Source: Rhodosorus marinus CCMP1338 (taxonomy: Eukaryota > Plantae > Rhodophyta). From it: a DNA stretch of 248,000 nt. Shown piece by piece: positions 140,660-152,219 of this stretch (its first letter is position 1; every line of letters starts with the position of its first letter). The stretch spans positions 1,260,001 to 1,508,000 of the forward strand of contig JAMWBK010000001.1 of the NCBI GenBank assembly GCA_029953675.1, written 5' to 3'. Below the pieces are notes generated by a model. That model was not told where the DNA came from. It searched no databases and was given only the letters and a program-made list of their open reading frames with translations. A program made the position numbers and the translations under genes.

Positions 140660-141430
140660 GAAACTTGTTCAAAACATGGTGGCGATGTGGTTAATGGACC
140701 GAAGTCCGTTGGGAGCGGCTAGACGGAATCGATTACTTATCTAAGGATCGGCGATCGATTACGTAGCATTGAACGCGATTTCGAGTGTGTTATGGAGCGG
140801 CACCGGCCGATGTGGACACACCAATCGTGCGTGAGTCGATTTCTGGCTCGACATCTGAAGCACGCCGCATCGCCTCTATATTGTTTGGACCGTTCAAGAC
140901 GTTATCCGTTTTCCAACGTTGTTCAAGAGTAACCAAATTCGGTCATTCAAAGTTCGAGTTGGAACACTTCGGTCCACTAGCAGTTGGGAGCGGCTAGGTG
141001 GAAGGGGTTACTTAACATTGAACGTGATTTCCAGTGTGCTAAGGATCGGCGATCGATTAAGTAGCAAAGAGCGCGATTTCGAGTGTGTTCAGGGGCGGCA
141101 CCGGCCGAAGTGGACACACCAATCGTGCGTTAGTCGATTTCTGGCTCGACATCGAAGCACGCCACATCGTCTCTATTTTATTTCGACCGTTCAAGAGGTT
141201 ATCAATTTTCCAGCATTGTTCAAGAGGAACCAAATTCGTTCATTCAAAGTTCGAGCTAGAAATCCCCTGCACAACAATCGGCCTGTAGATGGTAAAAAAT
141301 AGGCGGAACGCATTCGATTACGTACCATTGAGCACGATTTCCAGCGTGCTAAGGAGCGGCACCGGCCGATGTGGACACACAAATCGTGCGTGAGTCGATT
141401 TCTGGCTCAACATCGAAGCACGCTTGGTCA
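140660..141430. repeat. Imperfect ~280-300-bp tandem repeat x3
   Basis: GGCACCGGCCGA.GTGGACACAC.AATCGTGCG..AGTCGATTTCTGGCTC at ~140798, 141097 and 141358. Confidence 0.75.
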
Positions 141431-141725
141431 ATATTGTTTTTTTTGGTTGGGGGGACGAGACCGGAGAAAACATTCTAAAACCCACGGTTCCACAGTGCCT
141501 AACTCTGACCCACCGATCCAAACTGTTTCACTCTGTGTAAATCTTGAGCACGGTATGTAGTAACCGTTCTAGTTCTGTAGCTGGAGAGTACAAGTGTCAA
141601 GAGATGGCGAGCATAAGTGCGAGGGATTGGGGGATTGGAGAAAGCCCAGCTTCATTCTTGGATCTTGCAAAGTTGGGAGGCTTGGAGCACGGAGTTGTGG
141701 TACTGAAATTCGGACACTGGGCAGC

Positions 141726-142382
141726 ATGAAATGCGTTTATTCTCTTGTTGTGGTTCTGGTTAGCTTGAGCTGTACTGTGGATGTGGTTCATTCAATTCCG
141801 ACGCCTGATGAGGTGCCCTGTGACCCAGGGTTTTGCTTGGAGATGGCGCCTGATGGTTTGCCTGAGATTCCCACCGTAGGCGGTGGCGGTGGTTCTCTGG
141901 TGGTCCTTAACGATCCACACACCGGAGATGATGAACATCAAGATGAACAAGAGTGGAACTGTATTCCACTTAGTGAGGTCTCTTGCCACCGGAGCCAGGC
142001 CGCGACTAATTCTCGTGGAGAATGCGCTTGCGTTCCTATTCCTACTCCTACCCCCAAACCTAGGAGTAGTCCCAAACCTACCCCGGTGCCCTGCCGCATT
142101 GTTGAAGTAGATTGCATGAAGACAGTCACGTCGGCGGAGCTGTGTGATACCAAACTAGTTGCCTGCGGAATGCAGACCGTAACAAACGCTGCTCAGTGCG
142201 GGTTCAAGACGAGTTGCAATACGGTTAGAATTTTGTGCGGTTTCAGAGGATTTAGGCCGACGTTCTGCAACCATAACTACAATTGCCGAGCGGTTGCGAG
142301 AACTTGTACCGTGCCTAAGACATGTGTGGTCCCCAAGACGTGCGACGTACTAGCAAAATGCGAGGAGGAACAATGCCCGTAG
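141726..142382 (+). CDS. Secreted Cys-rich protein with Pro-rich linker
   Basis: Signal peptide MKCVYSLVVVLVSLSC; PTPTPKP linker; C-terminal Cys ladder (C..V...C) repeats. Confidence 0.65.
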   Translation: MKCVYSLVVVLVSLSCTVDVVHSIPTPDEVPCDPGFCLEMAPDGLPEIPTVGGGGGSLVVLNDPHTGDDEHQDEQEWNCIPLSEVSCHRSQAATNSRGECACVPIPTPTPKPRSSPKPTPVPCRIVEVDCMKTVTSAELCDTKLVACGMQTVTNAAQCGFKTSCNTVRILCGFRGFRPTFCNHNYNCRAVARTCTVPKTCVVPKTCDVLAKCEEEQCP

Positions 142383-143659
142383 ATCGCTTGAGTTGGGCCA
142401 AACTGTAAGCCTCTAATAACGTAAACCAAGGTTCAATACAATCTATCCCCTCTTTGAAAACGAAAAGCTTGGTGTTAAAGCTGATGATGTTTGGCCCCTA
142501 TTAGCATAGTCGTAACCGACCGATAAAAGTTCTCTATTGGAGAATAATAAGACTCAATAAAATGTTGAAACCCAGGGTGTGCCAGATTGAAAAAGTTTTA
142601 GACAATATGTCTCACTGAGGGTCCGATAATCGGTCCGCTGGTCCGATGAATGATCCGACTCGCGGATCTACAGTGGCCTTTACTGATTGTGAAATTTTCC
142701 CCCTGAGTTTGTAGATCTCTCCGTGAGGATGCCTCTGAGGGCCACCGCTCGCCATCCTCGGCTTCAGGTAGTCCACCCGATGGGTGCTCAGTAAGGATTG
142801 GGATCTCCTCTCCCAAAATGTCCACAACTGCCTCCTCAGAGTGGTCACCGTGATCACCGCCAGTCTCCGAGGGCTGAGGCTCAGCGAGAGCCCGGGGGCC
142901 ACTAGGAACTCGCACGCTGTCCGGCGAAACCATCTCTTAGCTGCACAGACCGAGGGGTTATCGAAACATATTATGATGACATGAGATTTTGCTGGAAGCT
143001 ACGTAAGAAGAAGCGTCGTACGGTGCTGATGTCATTGTTGGTCTTACGCGTGAAGCCGGAGTACGGTGATGCTTACCGATACATCCGTAGCGGATGCGCC
143101 GTCTGAACCGAAGTTCATTTTGGAAACGGCGGAGGGCATTGGGCTAGTTGATGTTGAGAAAATGATTTGCTAGCATGTCAGGGGAGGAGGGGTGCCAACT
143201 CTGTGGAACAGGAGGGCGTTGAAGAAGACCAAGAAGAACGTACTAAGAAGTAACCCCAGGCAAGACAGAGGTCAAATATGACCGGAAGAGCAAGTGCCCA
143301 ATATAGACTCGTAGATTCATAAACGTAGGAAGGGTTGTCGAAAATTTGCCATCCGAAGTGATGAGCTGGTCTGGCGAAAGGGCCAAAAGGATCGGGTATC
143401 GCATTGTTGATGAGGTCGTGGGCGGTAAATGAGTAATTCCACCAGCTGGTTCCCTCGGAAAGTTGTAATAGTCTCCGAGACTGGCGGTGATCACGGGGTT
143501 ACCACCCATATTCCCCACCTCGGGATGGCCGATTCATTTCCTGCTCACACCCGAGAAATGCCATCCGGGGGAGGGGGGGAGGGGAGGACGGGGTTGTGGA
143601 AAGTTTCATATTCCCAGCGAGCATTGAAAAAATGAGAAACATTGCCCATTCCTATTGCC

Positions 143660-146400
143660 CGGCCTTGCACCGTGCTGCCTACGGCCGACCTCTCGCGCAG
143701 ATGGTCTCATCTTCCCGAGATCGCGGCCGCCTGCGTAAACTTGGAGGGTGTATCAGCTCACAGTGGCCCATGAGCATCTCCTGTATTCCGCCATTCACAC
143801 TGAAACTTTTCGAAGTGCGCACTTCTCTACGTTTATACCTCGGTTTGCTTCAGCCGCCCTGGCCTTCCGAGATGGGTTCGCCGTGCCCTCTATGCTCTCA
143901 GAACGAAGGTAGCGCGGATTTTGGCGCCCACCTGCTCGCCAGCTGCTCCGCTGTGAAAGGCGCCCGAACTCGACGGTAGACGTGGATCTTGAACCTGTTA
144001 TACCGCGAACTTCGACCTATAGTACAGCAAGCCGGTCTTGAAATTGACCATGAGAAGCCCCTGCCTGTCGCAGACTACCAAAATGATGAACGCCGCGTCA
144101 CTGAGCTCGTGGTCACATGTAGCGATAGCCGTCGTACGACGTACGTTGATCTTGCCGTTCCCAATCCTCATGCTGGTCGCTATTTGCCGTCTTCGGGAGA
144201 GCGCCGTGGGTTTTCGCTGACAATATGAGACGTCGCAAGACGATGAAATATACTCGGGGGCCTTGTCTTCCCCAGGCATTGGTGCTTCGGCTCTAGCTCA
144301 TCGCCTGGTACTTCTGGTCATTGGTTGCTTTGGTTTTATTGATTCCGTTGGTTCTCGTTGGCTTCGGGCATTGTTCCGCGAACGTCCTGACCGTCTATCC
144401 TCGTTGCTTACCCGCTTAAGTTTCTTGGTGTGGCATACGAACGCTGCTTTGATGTTGGGGGCGCGCGATCTTCGCCACGCTTAGTCTTTTTTTCCCCTCG
144501 GGGGTTTTTTCTTTCAGCCTCTGATTAAACCAATTCGTTCATTGCCCGGCCGGCCTGGGGGTGGCCAGTTCATTCGCCGAACAACTAACTCGACAAAGAC
144601 TGAACGAAAATTTTAATCGGAAACAAACCTATGTATATTGATTGATGGTAGACGATTGCCGAGATATTGACTGTTTTGATACATACCCCATACACCTTGA
144701 AGATTTGTCAGATTTTAACTTTAACTACCATTTATTACCTGTCCAAACTCGGTCAGATTCGCTTTGCAAGAATGAACGGAGGCCGAAAGAAAAAACTCCG
144801 AGGGAAAAACAGACTAAGCGCGGCGAAGATCGCGCGCCTCCGACATCAAAGCAGCGTACATACGCCACAGCAAGAGGCTTAAACGGGTAAACAACGAGGA
144901 TAGACGGTCAGGACGTTCGCGGAACAATTCCCGAAGCCAACGAAAACCAACGGAATCCATAAACCCAAAGCACTCAATGACCAGAGGTACCAGGCGATGA
145001 GCTAGAGCCGAAGCACCAATGCCTGGGGAAGACAAGGCCCCCGTATATTTCAACTCTTTGCGACTTCTCATATTGTCAGCGGAAAATCCACGGCGCTCTC
145101 CCGCAGACGGCATATAGCGACCAGCCTGAGGAGTAGGAACAGAAAAGATCAACGTACGTCGTACGGCGGCTATCGTCACATGTGACCACGAGGTCAGTGA
145201 CGCGGCGTTCATCATTCTGGTAGTCACACACAGGGTTGGCTCCAAGACCCAACCACGGCCGCTGGTTGGGTAACAGCTTGGCTACAGATGCCTAGGCCGC
145301 CTAGACGTAGGGGTAGGACCACTTGGGCGCGAACGATATCACCTGTGGGGCGTGGAAAATGACCGAACTCATCATCTAAGAAACACCCCAGCTCACCAAA
145401 GCTCTCGTCGTCGGCACGGGTTGCCAGCCACCGGACCCAGTGAGTCGGGAGCGAGCGGAACCCATAGGTGAGCCGCTCACTGTAACAATATCGATAAAGC
145501 TGGCTTTATCGATATCGATAAAGCAACAACGAGCATTGCAAGAAGCCGCGGGGCAGCCGATGGAGCTGCGAGACCAGCTGCTGGTGCTTACTCGGAATCT
145601 GCTACAACTCACCCTCCACGGACGACGCGGACCCATGGGGATGCCCAGGTTGGCAAAACCTGCCCGACGACAAATATCCTAGAAACGTGCAGGGACCTGC
145701 TGCTCTTGAATATCCGCTCCTCCCCAGTAGAGAACGACTTCGCATGATTGACTTCGAGATCTACGAGGGATGCCAGTGTGCGGAGACGATCTTACGCCGC
145801 CACGAGGGTATCTGGAGGCCCAATGAGGCAGACATCATTGTGGTAACCCACTGCGCGGACCTCCGGTAACTCTGAACGTATTTAAGCAAAAACATTTGCA
145901 AGTAGTACAGAATTTTAACTACTATTTATTATCTGTATCGAACGAATGGTTTAATCGGAGGCTGAAAAAAAAAACCCCGAGGGGAAAAAAAGACTAAGCG
146001 CGGCGAAGTACTCGCGCCTCCAACATCAAAGCGGCATTCATGCGCCACAGCAGGAAACTTAAGCGGGTAAACAACGATTGAAGACGGTCAGGGCGTTCGC
146101 GGAACAACTCCCGAAGCCAGCGAGAACCAACAGAGTCCATGAACCCAAAGCACTCAATGATCAGGGGTACCAAGCGATGTGCTAGTGCCGAAGCACGAAC
146201 ACCAGGGGAAGACAAAGCCCCCGCGTATGTGATCTCTTTGCGGCGTCTCATGCTGGCGGCGGCAGATCCACGGCGCTCCCCCGCAGCCGGGAGATAACGA
146301 CTAGCTTGAGGGTTAGGAACAGCAAGATCAACGTATGTGGTACGGCGGCTGTCGTCACAGGTGATCACCAGGTCGGCTACACGGCGTTCATCATCTGTAT
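143660..146400. mobile_element. Cluster of family B 3' fragments
   Basis: RLE motifs; copy at 145940-146391 has TSD ATCTGTATC. Confidence 0.8.
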
Positions 146401-148151
146401 CAACGCCGTTTTTGATATAAAATAATCATTGTTTTCTGTATCGGTGCTTAAATTCGCTACCTCGATTCCAGCCTCAGATGCTGGGTGTTTTGTTTTCCAA
146501 CTAATTACTTAGCAATTGGTGATTTGCGGTGTTCGCTGGTAATTTCATATCTCTCTGTGCGGCAAGCTCGCAAATACGCATCTGTTCAGGGTTGTGTCTT
146601 GCACCAAGAAATATACGTTTATTTCTATATTTTAGATCTGTCGCCAGAGTGTTATCCAATATTCATTGGCTCTGCAATCCTCATTGGCTCAATGTACAGG
146701 GTGGAACGTGAGTGCCTAGTTCAAGTGTAGTGCTTGAGGCATTGTTTTGTAAACCCAGGAATGAATGCGCATTACTTACTCGCAGTGTAAAGCAAACTAG
146801 AGACAAACCTTTCTTGACCAATTCTCTACACGCTGCAGGGAATTGTAAGTATATGTCTCGAAACCCGAGTCAAACAATGTGTGAGTAACAAGCACAAACA
146901 GCTGGTAGCGCAGCCAGATCGTTGGTATAGCATTGAGAAATCTGTGCCGGTTGAGAAATCTGTTCCGGTCCCAACAAGGACATGCAAGACATGCAAATTA
147001 AACTTTGCAAAAGAGACCGCGTATTTGTTTACTGGGATGGTACCACCCTCGCGGTGGGTGTCCTACGAAAGGGAAGGGAGTCGCAAGTGTGTGACATAAT
147101 AGGGTACACTAATCCGGTTAGGTGTTTTGGGCGCTACGTATATTGAGAGATCTTTTCGTTCCATAATCACATGGAAAGGAGAGCAGTCGACGCGGTGATA
147201 TCCATTCTCCAAAGTAAAATTGTAGGTGTATGTCTCGGAAATGGACGGAGTTTTTCAAAATTCTGGCATCGTCATATCCAGCTCAAAACTCGGGTCATAC
147301 AATTGACTGAATGAATTTGAGCACACGCAAAACTATAATAGCATTAGTAAAATCACCAAAATAATAGGCTAAGGAGACCGCATATTTGCTTACCCGAAAA
147401 CTAACAACCCGCGGGGGTGTCGTGTCCTGCGGGAGGGAAAGGAGTCACAAGTGTGTGACACATACCCCAATACCGAAAAAAAGCATTTTGTGTGTCGGGT
147501 GCTAAGCATATTGAGAACTCTGTTTTGGCTCGAGCAAGGATACGCAGAAAAACCAAGCTAAGCATATCGCCTATTGGGTGCATCCTGAACCCATTAGGGA
147601 ATTCTTAACGCATAGATAGACTCTTTGTTGCCAAACCCAGTTGGGCTAAGGAGGTATCCGGTCTCCCCGTGAGAGATTCTCATCGAATGTCCGGGGTTTC
147701 CTCTACTGTGTCCATAGCTCGGGGTGCTGAAATTTCAAAGCGAGGTGTTTTGAACTTTTCTTCTTTTTTTTTTTCGTGACCTCATGGATGTGAAGGGTGA
147801 AGTAGTTGGTCGATACACTGGTATTGGTTCATTCTCTAAATGGTTTCCAAGCGTTCGCCTGTTCCGCTCCGCATACTTTGTTTCCAAAGAGGTCAAGAGC
147901 ATGCACAGAATTTCGCTAGAGGAGTGTTGGTCTGGAATTGGAAAACCACCGCCACCAGTGTTGTATCAGTCAGACTGGATGACTACTTGATAGATTGGCC
148001 AGGTGAGTACTTAAGACCACCACTTGGGCACGCGATGACTGCGAAAACGTTTCTGAGGGATTGGGTGAGTGGGTTTGAGTCTCGTAATCGAAGATCTGAA
148101 ACAGGACGTTCTCCATGCTTGATCAGCCGCGTAGAGGGAGGACAAGGAGGG

Positions 148152-151100
148152 ATGGGGAAGATTGTCCGGTTTTGGGCTGCCTTGGCCATTCTGGCTGGAC
148201 TCACTCGCGGTTTAGTTTTTGATGCTGAGGACTTGGTTTCTACGGTTGCGGTGGAAGGAGATTTCCAGTCTATCCTGGACTTGGACTGGATACCCGGGGA
148301 TGTGTCGCGGCTCGTATTGTGCGAGAAGCGTGGATTGGTGTGGTTGGTCATCGACGGGGCGCTTCAATCCAAGCCGCTCCTAGATATCTCAGATGAAATC
148401 GTAAACTTTGGGGCGAGGGGTTTAACGGCGTGCATGGTGGACGTCGACTTTGAAAACCACCCATACTTTTACGTGTCCTACGTCGACAACAGGCTAGCAA
148501 AGACAGATTTTCGCACCGGAACTAAAGGCGCCATTATAGCCAAGTACGAGGTGAATAGTGACTTGTCTGAGGCAGTCAACCCGGTTATTCTTATGGGCTC
148601 ACAAGCTCCTCCAGCGTCTGGCTGCAGTGATCCACATATTGCCAAGCGGGACAATATCTGCCTGGAAGATAGGAGCCACAACATGGGGGGTCTTGTGATG
148701 AGCCCCGACGGCAGGATTTTTGTTGGAATTGGTGATGCAGCCAGCGTCTCACAGTTTACAGAACTGCAGATCCGAGCTCAGAACCTAGATTATAAGACTG
148801 GTAAGGTCCACTGCATCACCAGAACGGGCGTGGCGTGTGCGGACAATCCCTTCATTAGGAACGGTAACCGGACTACGAACAGAGCCACTGTGTGGAATTT
148901 CGGAGTTCGCAACCCTTTCAGAATGGGTTGGGACCCAGTGCTCCAAATACCACTAATCGCGAATGTGGGCATGGCAGCCTGGGAGAGCATCTGGCCGGGT
149001 TATCCGGGTTTCAATTATGCATGGCCCTGTAGAGAAGCTCAGCGCACCAATCTAAAAGCAACTTCGTACGAGATTTGCGAGCAGATGAAGCGGGGCGATA
149101 TTGAAGTAGATTCAGATCGCAGCCTCTGGGACTACAGTCACGAATTGGGAGCGGCGGCTACTGGTGTGGTTCGCTTACACTCAGATAAATGGCCCGCCCA
149201 GCTGAGGAACAAGATTGCAGTAGCTGACTATACAAACAGTTGGGTCAAATTAATCGAGGTCGATAAGAATGGCCTCATCGGATCCCACGTAGACTTTATA
149301 TCCGAGGCTGGTGGCCCTGTTCAGCTGAAAGAGGGCCCAGACGGTTGGCTTTACATGGTATCAATCCTTACGCAACAGGTGATCCGGATAGAGTATAGGG
149401 TGAATACAAGCAGACCAGAGGTTGTAAGGGTAGATCCACCCCCGAGTTTTAGGAAGTCAGAGCTCACGTCGGAGATTTCGGTGAAATTTTCGAAGAATAT
149501 TGACTTCTCCACCGTAAGAAAAGAGTCAATGAGGATAGTCAAGACTTCGACGTTGACGAGGGTCCCTGTGGAATATTCTTGGAGACGCGCTACAAACACG
149601 GTGACTGCACGTCCCCTGGAAATTCTAGAGAGTAATATGCGGTACAAGCTTACTGTGACAACGGAGATCACCGACACTGCTGGTCGAAAGCTGCAGAGCG
149701 ATTTTACATCCTTTTTCCGAACTGGCACTGGCTTTGCCCTGCAAGTTTCAGGACTAGAATGGATATCGTCTACCAATGGAAACTCCGAGTATAGAGTTTT
149801 CAGAGACAAACAATTCCCTACTTTTGCTATTGATGTGCCACCGCTTAGGATTCGAGGTACAATATTCGAAGACGGAATTGCCATGATCGCATCCGGCAGC
149901 GTAGAGGTTGAGGTACCGAGGGGTTGCACTAGACTGCAAACATATGCTGGCGTCGACGATGTTGTTCAGCTGTTCGACTCCCCAGGTATCTTCTTCTTCG
150001 TTAGGAAGAGAACCAGCAACGGTGTCAGGACTCTGCACCGAAATGACCTTCCGGTGCTTAGGACGGATCGACCACTCTTCATTGATGTGGATGTCACCGG
150101 TGCTAATAGCGTGATTCTGGAGACGGTAAAGCCCAACGCCACTACCAGAAACAACGCGATTGCGACCTGGGGCTCACCAAAGTTCCGATGCGGAGGATAC
150201 GACGACGACAAAGCTAGCGTAGCGAGCATAATGCCAACCGGCGTCATCGGAATACGCGCTTCAGTCACCGTCAACTTTTCAGAGTCCATGGACATAGCGT
150301 CGACCACCGCTGCGACCCAGATGCTTCTCCCTATCGCTTTGGGAGGCTATATCATTGGCTTCAAAACGGAATTCAGTCGAGATCAGAAAACGATGATTCT
150401 GACTCCAAACCAGCCACTAGATTATGATACTGAGTATACGCTAACGGTCAAGGAGACGGCAATGGACCTCGCGGGCAACGGCCTAAAAAATACGGTCGTG
150501 CGAACTTTTAAGACCGAGGCTGTTGATCTCTCTGGTGACGTGTTTCAGCTTGTGGATGTGAAGACGCAAGCCATCAGAAATCCTCAGAACGTGGTGATCT
150601 GGCGGGAAGGTCATGAAATGAGGATAGAAGCTGGCACCGATGTTGACTACCTAGTCCCTGGAAAGTGTGGATTGTTGAACCTCTCTGTGACGTCCAAGTG
150701 GGGCCCTGTCTGGGTTTCCGTTCGAGATTCAGCTGGAGATCGTATTTGTGGAACCGGTCGCATCCCTGAGAACAAGAGCGTGGACCTCTCTTGCGATATC
150801 TCAGCGCAGGCTTGGATAAGGCTCGTGATTCGGGGGTCTGGTAGAGCGCACATCTACAGATCCACCATCGACTGCAGGTCGGGCTCGCTGAACCCGCGAT
150901 GTGAGTTTGGAGACGAAATTCCGAATGAGTTCAGGATCGGGGATGTCGTGAGATTCAGCGCCAAATGCTACGACTACAAGGGTGCTTTGATCAATAGGCG
151001 TGCGCTCTTTTGGATTGTTTCCCTTATTCACTGTCAGACTATATGCCACAGGCATGAGGAATTGACTGAAGAGGGAGTTTCTGGGGGGATTTATGAGGTG

Positions 151101-151439
151101 CCAGACCATGGAGACTTCTTCTTTCTGGAGATTCAGGTATTTGCGGAGAGTGATGGGAAGCGTGGCGCCTCCACTGTTCAAATACGCCCGTCTACTGCTT
151201 CAGTGACTGTCACCACGATGCCGCCTGGTTTAACAGTATCTTCCGATTCATTATCTGGACCATCTCCACTCCGTTCTATCACTGTGGTGGGCTCTAATTT
151301 CACAATCAACGCTGTGGAAAGAGGTCGCGGTAAACGATTCGCTTTTTGGGATGATGACAAGAAGCTCGGACCCGCTCGCTCCTTGCTCTTCAACACGAAA
151401 GGAAGTCGTACCTACAACGCAGTCTACCATGATGGGTGA
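148152..151439 (+). CDS. Divergent secreted GSDH/Big_5/NPCBM/PKD-like protein (~1095 aa)
   Basis: HNMGGLVMSPDGRIFVGIGD, GVRNPFR, GFNYAWP; YAGVDD NPCBM; LIHCQTICHRH..PDHGDFFFL. Confidence 0.78.
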   Translation: MGKIVRFWAALAILAGLTRGLVFDAEDLVSTVAVEGDFQSILDLDWIPGDVSRLVLCEKRGLVWLVIDGALQSKPLLDISDEIVNFGARGLTACMVDVDFENHPYFYVSYVDNRLAKTDFRTGTKGAIIAKYEVNSDLSEAVNPVILMGSQAPPASGCSDPHIAKRDNICLEDRSHNMGGLVMSPDGRIFVGIGDAASVSQFTELQIRAQNLDYKTGKVHCITRTGVACADNPFIRNGNRTTNRATVWNFGVRNPFRMGWDPVLQIPLIANVGMAAWESIWPGYPGFNYAWPCREAQRTNLKATSYEICEQMKRGDIEVDSDRSLWDYSHELGAAATGVVRLHSDKWPAQLRNKIAVADYTNSWVKLIEVDKNGLIGSHVDFISEAGGPVQLKEGPDGWLYMVSILTQQVIRIEYRVNTSRPEVVRVDPPPSFRKSELTSEISVKFSKNIDFSTVRKESMRIVKTSTLTRVPVEYSWRRATNTVTARPLEILESNMRYKLTVTTEITDTAGRKLQSDFTSFFRTGTGFALQVSGLEWISSTNGNSEYRVFRDKQFPTFAIDVPPLRIRGTIFEDGIAMIASGSVEVEVPRGCTRLQTYAGVDDVVQLFDSPGIFFFVRKRTSNGVRTLHRNDLPVLRTDRPLFIDVDVTGANSVILETVKPNATTRNNAIATWGSPKFRCGGYDDDKASVASIMPTGVIGIRASVTVNFSESMDIASTTAATQMLLPIALGGYIIGFKTEFSRDQKTMILTPNQPLDYDTEYTLTVKETAMDLAGNGLKNTVVRTFKTEAVDLSGDVFQLVDVKTQAIRNPQNVVIWREGHEMRIEAGTDVDYLVPGKCGLLNLSVTSKWGPVWVSVRDSAGDRICGTGRIPENKSVDLSCDISAQAWIRLVIRGSGRAHIYRSTIDCRSGSLNPRCEFGDEIPNEFRIGDVVRFSAKCYDYKGALINRRALFWIVSLIHCQTICHRHEELTEEGVSGGIYEVPDHGDFFFLEIQVFAESDGKRGASTVQIRPSTASVTVTTMPPGLTVSSDSLSGPSPLRSITVVGSNFTINAVERGRGKRFAFWDDDKKLGPARSLLFNTKGSRTYNAVYHDG

Positions 151440-152219
151440 GGTTATTATTTCTCGGGTGACCTTGCGAGACCATGACTCGGACCATCGACATGCTTGATTT
151501 GAGAGACTGACTACAGCTCGGCAGACATCTTTGACATACCGCGGAGCGACGGAGCAGAGTAGTTGATCGCAGCAGATAGGGTTCTTCAGAAAGTGTTATA
151601 CGCTTCTTTGCGTGAAGCGCTCTAATTGAAGAACTTCAAGGTCGTGCGGAGCGATGCAATGAAAAACGGCACCGTAGAAGGAAATTCTGTCAGGATTTAG
151701 CTTCATCCCAAAATAGTCGTTTGGTGGTTTGGTTTAGCTGGTGGTTGCGAGCCTTGGCTAGCATGCTCTAATAAGATTGCTATAAAGCGACACTGATCTG
151801 GCGTAGGAGCACTAGATATTGGCAGGATGGTCCCACATGTCCTAGAAGTCCCGTCCCAGGTTGACGGACCAAAGTACTTTGGCCTTTTCTCTCGAGCGCA
151901 GCGAGAGGTTAAGAGAGCGTTTTCAGTTGTTTTGAGTCCCATGTATGTTTCGAGGTGTGGCAGTCACACGTTTTTGTGCCCGCTTTCCGTGTTCTCTCCC
152001 CTATTTGGGGCTGGTGCGACAGGGAGACGGTGCTCCCCGGAATATTCTAGAGCTCCGCTTCTTTTCAAATCCTTTCGGGTCTGATGAGTTCCCTCCTCTG
152101 TTGTGATGCAACTGACTGAGCCCCTCGATAGTGGACTGTGCAGACTCACAGGAATTGGGTGGCCCATCAAATAGTAAACACGACTAACAAAGGTCGTGTT
152201 ACTAAGGCCCAGTAAAACC

